A stretch of 64,000 nucleotides of DNA. Source: the human T2T-CHM13v2.0 reference genome, Homo sapiens. The notes under the pieces were generated by a model, which was not told the DNA's origin, searched no databases, and saw only the letters and a program-made list of their open reading frames with translations. Positions 35,328 to 50,152 of the stretch are shown here, one piece after another; within the stretch, counting starts at the first letter, position 1, and each line of letters begins with the position of its first letter. A program made the translations under genes and the position numbers. The DNA lies in NCBI RefSeq assembly GCF_009914755.1, contig NC_060947.1; one strand, written 5' to 3'.

Positions 35328-36719
35328 TTACCGTTATAAAAATATAATATTTAGTGCATAAACATAGGGTATCTGTTTATTAATTTAGGTCAAATATAAC
35401 TTCTTCCACAAAGTTTTCCAACATTCTGTGCATAATTCTAACAACTCCTTCAAGTACTTCTAAGCATTTTACTATTTTGAACCTTATTGTAATAAAATTG
35501 TTTTCTTTACTTCTTCTTTTGGAATCATCATTTTGACTAATAAGAAAACTAGTTTTGCATGTTGATTTTGTAACTTAAAATTTTTCTGAATTCATTTATG
35601 TATTCTAATTTTTGCAAGTTATTTGCTGCTTTTTATATACAGAATCATGCTATCTGCAAATAGAGATTGTTTTACTTCTTTTTTCTTCTATTTGGATGCT
35701 TTTTATCTCTTATTCTTTCTTAATGTTACTTCCAATATTATGCTAAATATTTGGTGAAACGTAGCATCCTTGTCTTCTTCCTGATCTTAAGGAGAAATAT
35801 TTCAGTTAATAATTAAGTATAATGTCACTTTTTTTCTTTTGTATATGCCCTTTTTCGTATTGAAAAAGTGTCCTTCTAGTCCTAGTTTGTTGAGTTTTAT
35901 TATGAAAAAAAGTTTTATTTTGTCAAATGCTTTTTATTTAGCAATTGAGATGATTATGTGCTTTTTTTTCCTTTACTCTATTAAGGTAGCATATTGCATT
36001 CATTGATTTTTATATGCTGAACCACTCTTGCACTCATGGGATAAATCCCAGTTGTTGATAGCATATAATCCTTCTAATATGCTGCCTCATTTAGTTTGTT
36101 AGTACTTGTTGAAAATTTTGCAACTGTACTAAATAAGGGCTATTGCTCTGCAGTTTTCTTTTCTTATAATGTTTTTCTGTCCCTTTGGCATCAGTATAAT
36201 ATTGGCCTAGTGGAATCAGGTAGGATGTGTTGCCTTCTCTTTTATTCTTTTGGAAGAATTTTTAGTTATTATTTTTAATTGCCTTTTAAGTGATTCATAT
36301 AATTCACTAGTGAAGCCATCTAATTCTGATGTTTTTAAATATTATTTTTATTTTAATAAAAAAACTTGGATTAAAACTCTTCCCTTGTTACAGGACTTTT
36401 AGATTTTATTTTATTTTTTGAAATAGTATTGGTAGTTTCTGTGTTTTCAATACTCTGTCAATTTCATGTAGGTTATATAAATGTTGGTGTAAAATTGTTC
36501 ATAATATTCTAAGTATATTTATTTCTTTAAGGGAGATAGTTTCTGCATTTATTTCTCATTTAAGGAATTTGAGTCTTTTTTCTAAGTAAGTCTTGCTAAA
36601 GGTTTATTTTGTTAATAATTTTTGAAGGACTAATATTTGATTACATTGATTTTATTTAGTGCTTTTTCTAGTTTCTAATAATCTTTAATCTTTATTATTT
36701 TTTTCCTTCTGCTAGCTTA

Positions 36720-37235
36720 AAGTAATTAAAAACATATCTCAGAAAGATATTTTTGTGCCATGTTTATTGCAGCATTATTCACATTAGCGAAGAGGTAGAA
36801 ACAAACTGAATGTCCATCAATGGATAAATTAATAAAGAAAATGTATTAATATTATGTACACACAGTGAAATGCTATTCAGGTTTAAAAAATAAGAAAATT
36901 CTGTCACATACAATTCTGCAACATGGATTTTGAGGACATTATGCTAACTGAAATAAACCCGTCACAAAAAGACAAATGCCGCATAGTTCCACTTATGTGA
37001 AGTATCTTAAGTAAGTAGTCAAATTCATTGAAGCAGATGGTAGAATGGTGCTTGCCAGGGGCTGGGAGGGGGGCAATTAGTTGCAGTTTGATTGGTAGAA
37101 AATTTCAGTCATACAAGGTGAAAAAGTTCTAGCAATCTGCTGTACAACAGTGCACAGATAGTAACAATAATATACAATTAATATTTTTAAAGAAGGTATA
37201 CATCACATCATGTGTATTGTCAGAATTTAAAAAAT
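36720..37235 (+). mobile_element. L1MA/L1MB 3' end
   Basis: TGTTTATTGCAGCATTATTCAC...GAGGACATTATGCTAACTGAAATAA...TAGAATGGTGCTTGCCAGGGGCTGG. Confidence 0.8.
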
Positions 37236-37599
37236 TAATGCTCAATAAATAAATATATAAATAAACATTCAGTCATAGTAGTATAGATTTTTCTCACCCA
37301 TCCAAAATTTCAAATCAGCCAAGCAGAAAACATCATGTTGGAAAAAGGAGTGATATAAATGTCTCAAATTCACAATTGTTTTGACTAAATTATTCAGTTA
37401 ACCAATCAATTCAGTCCAAAGATAGGGCATATATGTTGATTCAGCCTTGACCTGTAGATAAATAACAAAGGAGTAAAATAATAATAATAGTTAATATTTT
37501 CTGCAATTACTAATATCAAGTAAAGTTATAGCACTAAATGTTCTACTGACATTTAGATTTAGTTTGATACTATTTTTTACTGCCTTAGTGTAAAATCAG

Positions 37600-38112
37600 A
37601 GTTTTTGTTTGAGATCACTTTATGTGGTAAAAGTTACATAGCATTAAGTGCACAATTTTGACCCTTTGTATTTTTAAAAACATTTTGACCCTTTTTAAGA
37701 AAGTTTATTAGCATTTAGTATATCACATTGTTGTGCAATAATTACCACCACCACCTACAAAATATTTTCATCTTCCCAAGCTGAAACTCCATATTCATAA
37801 AATACCTCCCCATTCTACACTTCCCTCAAGACCTAGATACCCCCAATGTATGAATTTGACTACTTTATATACCTCTTCTATTTTGTAGCATATGTCAGAA
37901 TTTTGCTGCTTTTTAAGGCTGGGTAATACTGCATCATGTGTATGTACCAAATTTAGTTTATCTATTCATATTTGATGAATACTTGGATTGCTTCCACATT
38001 TTGTTTATTGTAAATAATGATGCTATGAATATGTGTGTACTAATATCTGTTCAAGCAACTGCTTTCAATTATTTTTGGTATATAACTAGAAAAGGAATTG
38101 CTAATAATTCTA
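37600..38112 (-). mobile_element. L1MB-like 3' end
   Basis: GCATTTAGTATATCACATTGTTGTGCAA...TTTTAAGGCTGGGTAATA...TGCTATGAATATG. Confidence 0.75.
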
Positions 38113-38435
38113 TGTAGGCTCTTTTTTGGTTCCATATGAATTTCAGGATTGTTTTTCTAGTAAGGTGAAGAATGATGATGGTATTTTGATGGGAATCACA
38201 TTAAATTTATAGATTATTTTGGCAGTATGGTCATAGTTACAATATTATTGATCTTACCTATCCATGAGCATTGGATGCTTTTTCACTTGTTTGTGTCATC
38301 TATGATTTCTTTCAGCAGTGTTTTGTAGTTTTCCTTGTAGAAATCTTTCACTTCCTTGTTTAGATATATTCTTAAGTATTTTATTTTATTTTTTGTAGCT
38401 GTTGTAAAAGGAGTTGAGTTCTTGATTTGAGTCTC
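38113..38435 (-). mobile_element. L1PB-like ORF2 fragment
   Basis: GGCTCTTTTTTGGTTCCATATGAATTT...GTGTCATCTATGATTTCTTTCAGCAGTG. Confidence 0.8.
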
Positions 38436-38483
38436 ATATATAATTATATATTATGTCAGTCTCATATATAATTATAATATATG

Positions 38484-38895
38484 TGATATGGTTTGGCTGT
38501 GTCTCCACCCAAATCTCATCTTAAATTATAACTCCCATAATTCTCATATGCTGTGGGAGGGACTCAGTGGAAGATAAATCAATCATGTGGGTGGTTCCGC
38601 TCATACGGTTCTCATGGTAGTGAATAAGTCTCAAGAGATCTGATGGTTCTATAAGGGGTTACCCCTTTAACTTGGCTCTCATTGTCTCTTGTCTGTCACC
38701 AGGTAAGACATGCCTTTTGCCTTCTGCCATGATTATAAGGCCTCCTTAGCCACGTGGAATTTTGAGTCCATTAAACCTCTTTTTCTTTAAAATTACCCAG
38801 TTTAGGGTATTTTTTTATCAGCAGCATGAAAACGGACTACTACAGTAAATTGGTACCAGTAAAGTGGGGTGCTGCTATAAAGACACTCAAAATTG
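38484..38895 (+). mobile_element. THE1 (THE1B-like) LTR 38484-38844 plus first ~50 bp of THE1-int
   Basis: TGATATGGTTTGGCTGTGTCTCCACCCAAATCTCATC...GAAAACGGACTACTACA, followed by GTAAATTGGTACCAGTAAAGTGGGG. Confidence 0.92.
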
Positions 38896-38899
38896 TTCC

Positions 38900-40620
38900 A
38901 GAAAAAATATTGACAAATCTAACACTCTTTTAAAATTAAAACACTTGGAATTCTGAGAATAGAAGGAAATACCCTCAATCTGATTAAGGACATTTATGAA
39001 AAACCCACAGCTACATAATCCTCAAATGCTAAAAGTGTTCCTTCTAAGTTCAGGAACCATAAATGGATGCCTGCTTTTACCTCTGATATTCAGTATCATG
39101 TTGGATGTTCTGGCCTGAGCAACTGGGCAAGAATAAAATGCAACCAAACTGGAAAGGAAGGATAAAACTACTTACATTTGCAGATGACATAATCTGTTAG
39201 CTCTATAAATCTACAAAGAATCTACAAAGAAAAAATTTACAAAGAAAAACCTACAAAGAAAGCTACTAGAGGTAACAAATAAATTCCGGTAAAGTTTCAA
39301 ATATAAAATAAACACAAAAGGCCAGGCGTGGTGGCTCACGCCTGTAATCCCAGCACTTTGGGAGGCCAAATTATGACGTGATAATTGGATATCTGCATGC
39401 AAAAAAAATGAATTTGGAACTCTAATTCACAGTATATAAAAATTAATTCAATATGAATTAATGACCTAAATATAACAGCTAAAATTATAACTCTCTTAGA
39501 AGAAAACATATAAGTAAACTTTTAATACTTTGGTTGCAGCAGTGGAATCTTAAATATGACACCAAGGAATAAGCAACAAAAGAAGAATACATAAATAAAA
39601 AATAAATAAATAGACCATCAAAATTTAAAACTTTTGTGCATCAAAGTTCAATATAAAAACTATAAAGATAACCTATGTAATGGAAGAAAATATTTGAAAA
39701 TAATATATCTGATAAGATATAGGATCCATATTACATAAACAATTCCTACAACTAGGTCAACAAAAGATAAATTACCCAATTCAGAAATGGAGAAAAGACT
39801 TAAATATAAATTTCTCCAAGGAAGAGATACAAATCACCAATAAGCATCTAAAAAGATGCTTAAAATTATTATAAATTAGGAAAATGCAAATCAAAAATAC
39901 AATTGAATACCTCATCATACATATTAATATAGCTATAATAAAAATGAAAATTAAAATGTGTTGAAGATAATGTGGAACAATTGGAACTATTGTACATTGA
40001 TAGTGAGTTTGTAAAATGGTGTAACCTTTTTAGATAGCAATTTAGCTGTTCCTCAAAAAGTCAAACAAACATGGAATTACCTATGACCCTCCAATCCCAC
40101 TACTAGCTATATACCTTAAAGACTTGAAAGCTGGCACTAAAACAGATATTTGAACACCAATATTATAGTAACATTATTCACAACAGTTCAAAGGTGAAAA
40201 CAACCAAATATTCATAAGAGAAGAAATGATAAATGAAATTTTATATAAGATATATATATATATAATTTAGCTGTAAAAATAAACTGGTAATAAATGCTGT
40301 AATGTGGATGAACCACCAAAGCATCATTCTCAATGAGAGATATCAATCACAAAGGGAAACATATTGTATGATGAAATTTATATAAAATATTCAGCATAGA
40401 GAAATCCACAGATACAATGTATGCTGATAGTTGGCAGAGTCTAGGAAGAGAGAGCAATGAGAGAAACCACTTAATGAGTAAGTGGTTTTACTTGGGAATG
40501 ATGAAAATATTTTGGAACCAGGTAGAGGTGGGGGTTGCACATTATTGCTAAATGCAATTTTCACTTTGTTCACTTTACAATGCGTCATTTTGTTATGTAA
40601 ATTTTACCTCAATAAATTAT
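38900..40620 (+). mobile_element. Old L1M (L1MB/L1MC-like) ORF2 RT to 3' end, internally deleted
   Basis: TTTGCAGATGACATAAT (FADD), GAAAATGCAAATCAAAA, and a 3'UTR ending TACCTCAATAAA. Confidence 0.78.
39320..39369 (+). mobile_element. Alu 5' fragment (50 bp)
   Basis: GGCCAGGCGTGGTGGCTCACGCCTGTAATCCCAGCACTTTGGGAGGCCAA, then an abrupt return to L1. Confidence 0.9.
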
Positions 40621-40659
40621 TTTTTTAAATTGTTAGTATTTATTTTAAATATACCTTTT

Positions 40660-41455
40660 AATCAATGTGCAATGACTGTACATGTTTATGGAGTACAATG
40701 TGATATTTCAATACATGAATACAATGTATAATAATCAAATTAGGGTGGTTAGCATATTCATCACCTCAAATTTTTATTATTTCTTTGTTTTGGGAATAGT
40801 CAAAATCCTATTCTCTAGCTATTCGAAAAAGTACGATAAATTATTGTTTACCATAGTCACTCTACAGTGCTATAGAAAACTAAAAACTCTTTCTCCTATC
40901 TAACTGTAGTTTTGTATCTATTAACCAACTTCTCCCTATAGCCCCGTACCCTTACCCTTTCTGGTCTCTAGCAACTACTATTCTACTCTATACTTTTATA
41001 AGACCAATTGTTTAGCTTCCACTTATCAGTGAGAACATGTAGTATTTGTCTTTCTATACCTGACTTATTTCACTTAACATAATGCCCACCAAGCTCATCT
41101 ATGTTGCCATGAAAGAACAAATTTTAGTTTTCTAATATGTATATATACCACATGCTCCTAAACCATTTGTGTGGTTGTGAATGCAGGTTGATTCAAATAT
41201 TCTTGGCTATTGTAAATAGTGCTGCAGTAAACATGGGAGTGCAAACTTTGACATGCCAATTTTCTTTCTTTTGGGTAAATACCCAGTAGTGGAATTGCTG
41301 GATCATAAGGCAGATATATTTTTACCTTTTTAGGGAAACTCCATACTGTTTTTCAAAATAACCATACTAATTTACATTCCCATCAATAGTGATTGAGAGA
41401 CCCATATTTGCATCCTTGCAAGATTTATTATTGTTCTCTTTGTGACAATAGCCAA
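40660..41455 (-). mobile_element. L1MA 3' end
   Basis: GTACATGTTTATGGAGTACAATGTGATATTT...GCTTCCACTTATCAGTGAGAACATG. Confidence 0.8.
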
Positions 41456-41815
41456 TCTTTTTTTATCTTTCAATTTCAATAGTTTTGAAGAAAAAGGTGG
41501 TGTTTAGTTACATGAATATGTTCTTTGGTGGTGATTTCTGAGATTTTGGTGCACCCATAACCCAAGGAGTATACACTGCACCCAATGTGTAGTCTTTTAT
41601 GCCTCAATGCATCTCTTATCCTTCCCCCTGAGTCCCCAGAGTTCATTATATCATTCTTATGTCTGCGTCCTCATAGTTTAGCTCCCACTTTTAAGTGAGA
41701 ATATACGATGTTTGGTTTTCCATTCCTGAGTTACTTTACTTAGAATAATGGTCTCCAACTCCATCCAGGTTGCTGTGAATGCCATTATTTTATTTATTCA
41801 TTGGGCTGAATAGCA

Positions 41816-41871
<56 letters not shown>

Positions 41872-44575
41872 CACATTTTCTTTATTGACTCATTGATTGA
41901 TGGGCATTAGCGTTGGTTCCATATTTTTGCAATTGTGAACTGTGCTGCTGTAAAGGTGTGTGCAAGTGTGTTTTTCATATAATGGCTTATTTTCCTCTGG
42001 GTAGATACCCATAGTGGGATTGCTGTATCAAATGGTAGCTCTACTTTTAGTACTTTAAGAAATCTCCATACTGTATTTCATAGTGGTTGTACTAATTTAC
42101 ATACACACCAGCAGTGGAAAAGTGTTTCTTTTTCACCACATTTATGCCAACATCCATTATTTTTAATTTTTTTTATTATGACCATTCTTGAAGGAATAAG
42201 GTGGCATTGCACTGTGGTTTTGATTTGCATTTCCCTGACATTTATTAATTTTGAGCATTTTTAAATGTTTGTTTACCATTTGTATATCTTCTTTTAAGAA
42301 TTGTCCATTCATGTCCTTAGCCTACTTTTTGATGGAATTATTATATTTTTTTCTTGCTGATTTGTTTGAATTCTTTGTAGATTCTGGATATTAGTTCTTT
42401 GTCAGATGTAGAGTTTCAAATATTTTTTCCCACTCCATGGGTTGTCTGTTTACTCTGCTGATTATTTCTTTGGGTGTGCAGAAGTTTTTTAGTTTAATGA
42501 AGTCCCATCTATTTATTTTTGTTTTTGTTGCATTTGCTTTTGGGTGCTTGGTCATGAACTCTGCCTAATTCAATGTCTAGAAGGGTTTTTCTGATGTTAT
42601 CTTGTAGAATTTTTATGTTTTTAGGTCTTAGATTTATGTCTTTGATCCACTTGGGTTGATTTTGGCATAAGGTGAGAGATGAAGATCCAGTTTTATTCTT
42701 CTACATGTGACTTGCCAATAATCTCAGCAGCATTTGTTGAATAGGATGTCCTTTCCCCACTTTATGTTTTTGTTTGCTTTGTTGAAGATCAATTGGCTGT
42801 GGGCATTTGGCTATATTTCTGGGTTCTCTACTCTCTTCCATTGGTCTACATGCCTGTTTTTATACCAGTGCCATGTTGTTTTGGTAAATATAGACATATA
42901 GTTTGAAGCCTGATGATGTGATGCCTCCAGATTGGTTGCTGTTGTTTCTCACTTGGTCTAACTTTGGTTATGCAGGCTCTTTTTTGGTTCCATATGAATT
43001 TTAGAATTGTTTTTTTCCAGCTCCGTGAAGAACGATGCTGGTATTTTGATGAGAATTGCATTCAATTTATAGATTGTTTTGGCAGTATGATCATTTTCAC
43101 AATATTGATTCTACTGATCAATGAGCATGGGCTGTGTTTCCATTTCTTTGTGTCATCTATGATTTCTTTCAGCAGTGTATTGTACTTTTCTTTGTAGAAA
43201 TCTTTCACCTCCTTTGTCAAGTATATTCCTAAGTATTTTATCTTCTCACAGCTATAGTAAAAGGGGTTAAGTCCTTGATTTTATTCTCATTTTTGTTTCT
43301 GTTGGTGTATAGCAGTGCTCCTACTTTGTGTACATTGATTTTATATCCTGAAATTTTACTAAATTTATTCAACAGATCTAGGAGCTTTTTGGATTAGTCT
43401 TTAGGGTTTTCTAGGTGTAAAATTGTATCACCAAAGGACAGCAATAGTTTTACTTCTTCTTTCCCAATTTAGATGTCCTTTATTTCTTTCTCTCATCTTA
43501 TTGCTCTGGCTAGGACTTCCAGTACTATGCTGAATAGAATTGGTGAAAGTCAGCATCCTTGGTTTGGTCCAATTCTCAGGGGGAGTGCTTTCTAATTTTT
43601 CCCATTCAGTATGATATTGGCTGTGGGTATGTCATAGATAAATTTTATTATGTGGAAGTATGTTTCTTATATGCCAATTTTGTTGAGAGTTTTTAACATA
43701 AGGAGATGCTGAATTTTATCAAATGCTTTCTCTGCATCTATTGAGATGATAATATGATTTTTTTAAATTCTGTTTATGTTATGTATTACATTTATTGACT
43801 TGCATGTGTTAAATTCTCCCTCCCTTTCTGGTATGAAACCCACTTGATCATAATGTATAAACTTTTTGATATACTGTTGGATTCAATTAGCTAGTATTTT
43901 GTTGAGAATTTTTGCATCTATCTTCATGAGGGATATTGGTCTGTAGTTTTCTTTTTGTTATGTCTTTCCCTTGTCTTGGTATTAGGGTGATAGTGGTTAA
44001 ATAGAATGATACAGGAAGGATTTCATCTTGTTCTACCTTTTGGATTTGTTTCAGTAGAACTGGTATCACTTCTTTCTTGAATATCTAACAGAATTCAGCT
44101 GTGAATGCATCTGCTCCTGCACTTTTTTCTTTGGCAGTTTTTTATTGCTGTTTTCAGACCCACTGCTCATTATTGACCTGTTCAGTTTATATTTCTTCCT
44201 GATTTAATGTAGAAGTGTTGTATATTTCTAAAATGTTATCCATCTCCTCTAGGTTTTCTAGGTTGTGATCATAAAGGTGTTTTAGTAGACTCAAAAGGTC
44301 TTTTGGTTTTCTGTGGTATCAGTTTTATTATCTCCCATTTTGTTTATAATTGAGCTTATTTGGGTCTTCTCTCTTATTTTCTTGGTTAATCTCAATGATA
44401 GTCTGTCAATTTTGTTTACCTTTTCAAAGAACCAGCTTTTTGTTTCATTTATCTTTTTATTTTTTCTTTACATTTTATCTAGATATGCTTCAATCTTTGT
44501 CTATTCTTTTTTTCCCCTGGGTTTGGTTTTGGTTTCGGTTTTTCTTGTTTCTCTACTTCCTTGAGGTATGACATT
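41456..44575 (-). mobile_element. L1PB1/2-like element, 3'UTR + ORF2 (5'-truncated, ~3.1 kb)
   Basis: GGTGATTTCTGAGATTTTGGTGCACCC...TGTGTAGTCTTTTAT (reverse complement of the L1PB 3'UTR), then continuous reverse-strand ORF2. Confidence 0.87.
41819..41869. repeat. (TA)n microsatellite
   Basis: About 25 perfect AT units. Confidence 0.97.
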
Positions 44576-44579
44576 AGTT

Positions 44580-47270
44580 TCAACAATATGTTGTAGTTTT
44601 CAGTGTACAAATGTGTAACTTCTTTCTCTCCAGATTGTTTATTGTTGATGTATAGAAATGAAAATGACTTTGTAATGTTGATTCGTGACCTAAAATTTTA
44701 CTGAATTTGTTTTAAAACCTTTTGTGGAACCTTTAGGGTTTTCTACTTATAATATTATGTGATCTGAAAACAGATTTTACTTACTTCTTTCTGAATTGGA
44801 TTCATTTTATTTCCTCTTGCCTAATTGCTCTGACTAGGACTTCCAGTACCATGTACAGAAGGAGTAGCAGACCTTCAGCAAGGTCTCAGGATGAAAAATC
44901 AATGTGCAAAAATCACAAGCACTCCTATACACCAATAACAAACAGAGAGCCAAAACATGAGCGAACTCCCATTTGCAATTGCTACAAAGAGAATAAAATA
45001 CCTAAGAATACAGCTTACAAGGGATGTGAAGGACCTCTTCAAGGAGAACTACAAACCACTGCTCAAGGAAATAAGAGAGGACACAAACAAATGGAAAAAC
45101 ATTCCATGCTCATGGATAGGAAGAATCAATATCGTGAAAATGGCCATACTGCCCAAAGTAATGTATAGATTCAATGCTATCCCCATCAAGCTACCATTGA
45201 CTTTCTTCAGAGAACTGGAAAAAACTACTTCACATTTCATATGGAACCAAAACAGAGCACACAGAGCCAAGATAATCCTAACCAAAAAGAACAAAGCTGG
45301 AGGCATCTTGCTACCTGACTTCAAACTGTACTACAAGGCTACAGTAACCAAAACAGCATGGTACTGGTACCAAAACAGATATATAGACCAACAGGACAGA
45401 ACAGAGGCCTAAGAAATAACACCACACATCTACAACCATCTGATTTTTGACAAACTTGACAAAAACAAGCAATGGGGAACAGATTCCTTATTTAATAAAT
45501 GGTGTTGGGAAAACTGGCTAGCCATATGCAGACTGAAACTATATCCCTTCCTTACACCTTCTACAAAAATTAACTCAAGATGGATTAAAGACTTAAATGT
45601 AAGACCTAAAACCATAAAAACCCTAGAAGAAAACCTAGCCAATACTATTCAGGACATAGGCCTGGGCAAAGACTTCATGACTAAAACACCAAAAGCAATG
45701 GCAACAGAAGCCAAAATTGACAAATGGGAGTTAAATAAACTAAAGAGATTCTGTGCAGCAAAAGAAACTATCATCAGAGTGAACAGGCAACCTACAGAAT
45801 GGGAGAAAATTTTTGCAATCTATCCATCTGACAAAGGACTAATATCCAGAATCTACAAGGAATTTAAACAAATTTACAAGAAAAAACAACCCTATCAAAA
45901 AGTGGGTGAAGGATATGAACAGACACTTTTGACATTTATGTGGCCTACAATCATATAAAAAAAGCTTGTCATCACTGGTCATTAGAGAAATGCAAACCAA
46001 AACCACAGTGAGATACCATCTCACACCAGTTAGAATGGTGTTCATGAAAAAGTCAGGAAACAACAGATGCTAGAGAGGATGTGGAGAAATAGGAACGCTT
46101 TTACACTGTTGGTGGGAGTGTAAATTAGTTCAACCATTGTGGAAAACAGTGTGGTGATTCCTCAAGGATCTAGAACTAGAAATACCATTTGACCCAGCAA
46201 TCTCATTACTGGGTATATACCCAAAGGATTATAAATCATTCTACTATGAAGACACATACACAAGTATGTTTATTGTGGCACTGTTCACAATAGCTAAGAC
46301 TTGGAACCAACCCAAATGCCCATCAATGATAGATAGACTGGATAAAGAAAATGTGGCATATACACACCATGAAATACTATGCAGCCATAAAAAAGGATGT
46401 GTTCATGTCCTTTGCAGGGACATGGATGAAGCCGGCAACCATCATTCTGAGCAAACTATCACAAGAACAGAAAACCAAACATTGCATGTTCTCACTCATA
46501 AGTGGGAGTTGAACACTTAGAACACATGGACATGGGGGTGGGAGTAGCATACACCAGGGCCTGTCGGAGGTAGGGCTGGGGGAGGGATAGCATTAGGATA
46601 AATACTTAATGTAGATGACGGGTTGATGGGTGCAGCAAACCACCATGGCACGTGTATACCTATGTAACAAACCTGCACGTTCTGCACATGTACCCCAGAA
46701 CTTAAAAAAAGTATAATAATAATACTAATAAAAAGGATTGGGCATTTCCGACTTGTTTCTGTTTTTAGAGGGAAAGGTTTTTGTCTTTTACCCTTGAGTA
46801 CAATGTTAGCTGTGGGCTTTTCTTATATGGTTTTTATTATGTTGAGGCAGTTTCTTTCCATTCTTAGACTGTTAAATGTTTTTGTCTTAAAACCACCTTG
46901 AATTTTTTCAAAAAATTTGTCCCAATCATTGATTGAAATTTTTATGTGTTTCTTTTTTCCATCATCATAATAATGTGGTGTATTACACTAATTTATTTTC
47001 ATAGGTTGAAACATCCCTGCATTCTAGGAATAAATGCCACTTTGTCATGGTATATCATCCTTATAATGTGCTATTGAATTGTATTTGCTATTATTTTGTT
47101 GAGGATATTTGCATCAATATTCATCAAGAATATTGGTCTGTAGTTTTCTTTTCTTGTAGTGTTATTATTTGGCTTTGGTATCAGGTTAATTCTGGCCTCA
47201 TAAAATGAATTCAGTAGCTTTTTCTCTTTTTCAATTGTTAAAAGTTTGAGAAGGATTGGTGTTAATATTT
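44580..47270 (-). mobile_element. Old L1M ORF2 fragment, split by the L1PA7 insertion
   Basis: ...CTAGGACTTCCAGTACC (44850) continues as GGGCATTTCCGACTTGTTTCTG...GAGGGAAAGG (46740). Confidence 0.72.
44872..46735 (+). mobile_element. 5'-truncated L1PA7-like element
   Basis: ORF2 remnant 44957-45412 ([15 protein letters not shown]). 3'UTR AATGTAGATGACGGGTTGATGGGTGCAGCAAACCACCATGG...CCCCAGAACTTAAA. Confidence 0.88.
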
Positions 47271-47647
47271 ACTTTTTACTTTATTTTATTTTATTTTATT
47301 TCAATATTTTTGGGGGAATAGTTAAGTTTCAGTTACATAGATAAGTTCTTTAGTGGTGATTCCTGAGATTTTGATGAATCCATTACCCGATCAGTGTACA
47401 CTACGCCCAATGTGTAGTCTTTTCCCCCTCACCCACCTCACACCTTTCCCCACGTCCCCAAAATCCATTATATTATTCTTATGCCTTTTTTATCTTTATA
47501 ACTCAGCTTTAATTTATGAGTGAGATACACAATATTTGGTTTTTCATTCTTGTGTTATTTCACTTAAGATAATGGTCTCCAACTCCATCTAGTTTGCTAA
47601 GAATGCCATTATTTTGTTTCTTTCTATGGCTGAGTAGTATTCCATGG

Positions 47648-47666
47648 TGTGTGTGTGTGTGTGTGA

Positions 47667-47702
<36 letters not shown>

Positions 47703-47734
47703 GTGATATATATATTTGGATATATATATATATA
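47648..47734. repeat. (GT)n(TA)n microsatellite
   Basis: GTGTGT...TATATA run. Confidence 0.95.
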
Positions 47735-48424
47735 TCACATTTTCTTTATCTACTCATTGGTTGATGAAAATTTACACTGGTCTCATATTTTTGCAATTGC
47801 AAATTCTGCTGATATAAACATGCATGTGACTTCTTTTCCTTTGGGGAGATAACCAGTAGTGAGATTGCTGGATTGAATAATAGCTTTACTTTTAGTTCTT
47901 TAGGGAATCTCCATACTGTTTTTCATAGTGGTTGTACTAGTTTATCTTTCCACCCACAGTGTAGAAGTGTTCTCTTTTTATCACATCCATGTCAATATTT
48001 ATTTTTTTAATGTTATGTAATTATGGGTATTCTTGCAGGAGTAAAGTAGTATTACATTGTAGTTTTAATTTGCATTACCTGATTACTAATAATGCTGAGC
48101 ATTTTCCATGTGTTCATTGACCATTTGTATATCTCCTACTGAAAATTGTCTATTCATGTATTTTGTGCATTTTTGATGAGATTATTTACTTTTTTTGCTG
48201 ATTTGTTTGATTTTTTGGCAGATTCTGGATATTAGTCCTAAAAGCAGTGCTAAAAGAAAAGTTTATACCATTAAATGCAAACATCAAAAAGTCTGAAAGA
48301 GCACAAATCGACAAACTAATGTCATACCTCAAGGAACTAGGGAAACAAGAACAAACCAAAACCAAACCCAGCAGGAAAAAAAAAAAAGAAAGAAAAAGAA
48401 ATGACAAAGATTAAAGCAGATCTA

Positions 48425-48940
<516 letters not shown>

Positions 48941-49119
48941 CTACTAAAACACCTTTATGCTCACAACCTAGAAAAAGAGGAGATGGATAAAAAGACATTT
49001 TTGTTCATGGATTAGAAGACCAAATAGTTATTATATCAATACTAATCAAAGTGATCTACAAAGCCAATGCAATCTCAGTAACTTTCTCTTTTTGCAGGAA
49101 AATAAAATACATCGTAAAG

Positions 49120-50152
<1,033 letters not shown>

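Larger units (their letters stand above)
33810..36715 (-). mobile_element. Old L1M ORF2 fragment(s), interrupted by an L1 3' tip and a MER4 LTR
   Basis: Reverse-strand ORF2 motifs GTGGATATCCAGTTGTCCCAG, CTATCTGCAAATAGAG, GGGATAAATCCCA. Confidence 0.75.

Noticed and set aside
37240-37600. Non-repeat island as a conserved element or exon
   Set aside because: AT-rich, no ORF or motif I can support; may be a decayed MIR/L2. Needs a conservation track.
38113-38435. Local segmental duplication with 42970-43290
   Set aside because: The similarity is explained by both being L1PB ORF2; the flanks are unrelated.
44851-44872. TSD or extra 5' nucleotides of the L1PA7 insertion (AGAAGGAGTAG vs AAAAGGATTGG at ~46731)
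   Set aside because: The match (8/11) is too weak to call.
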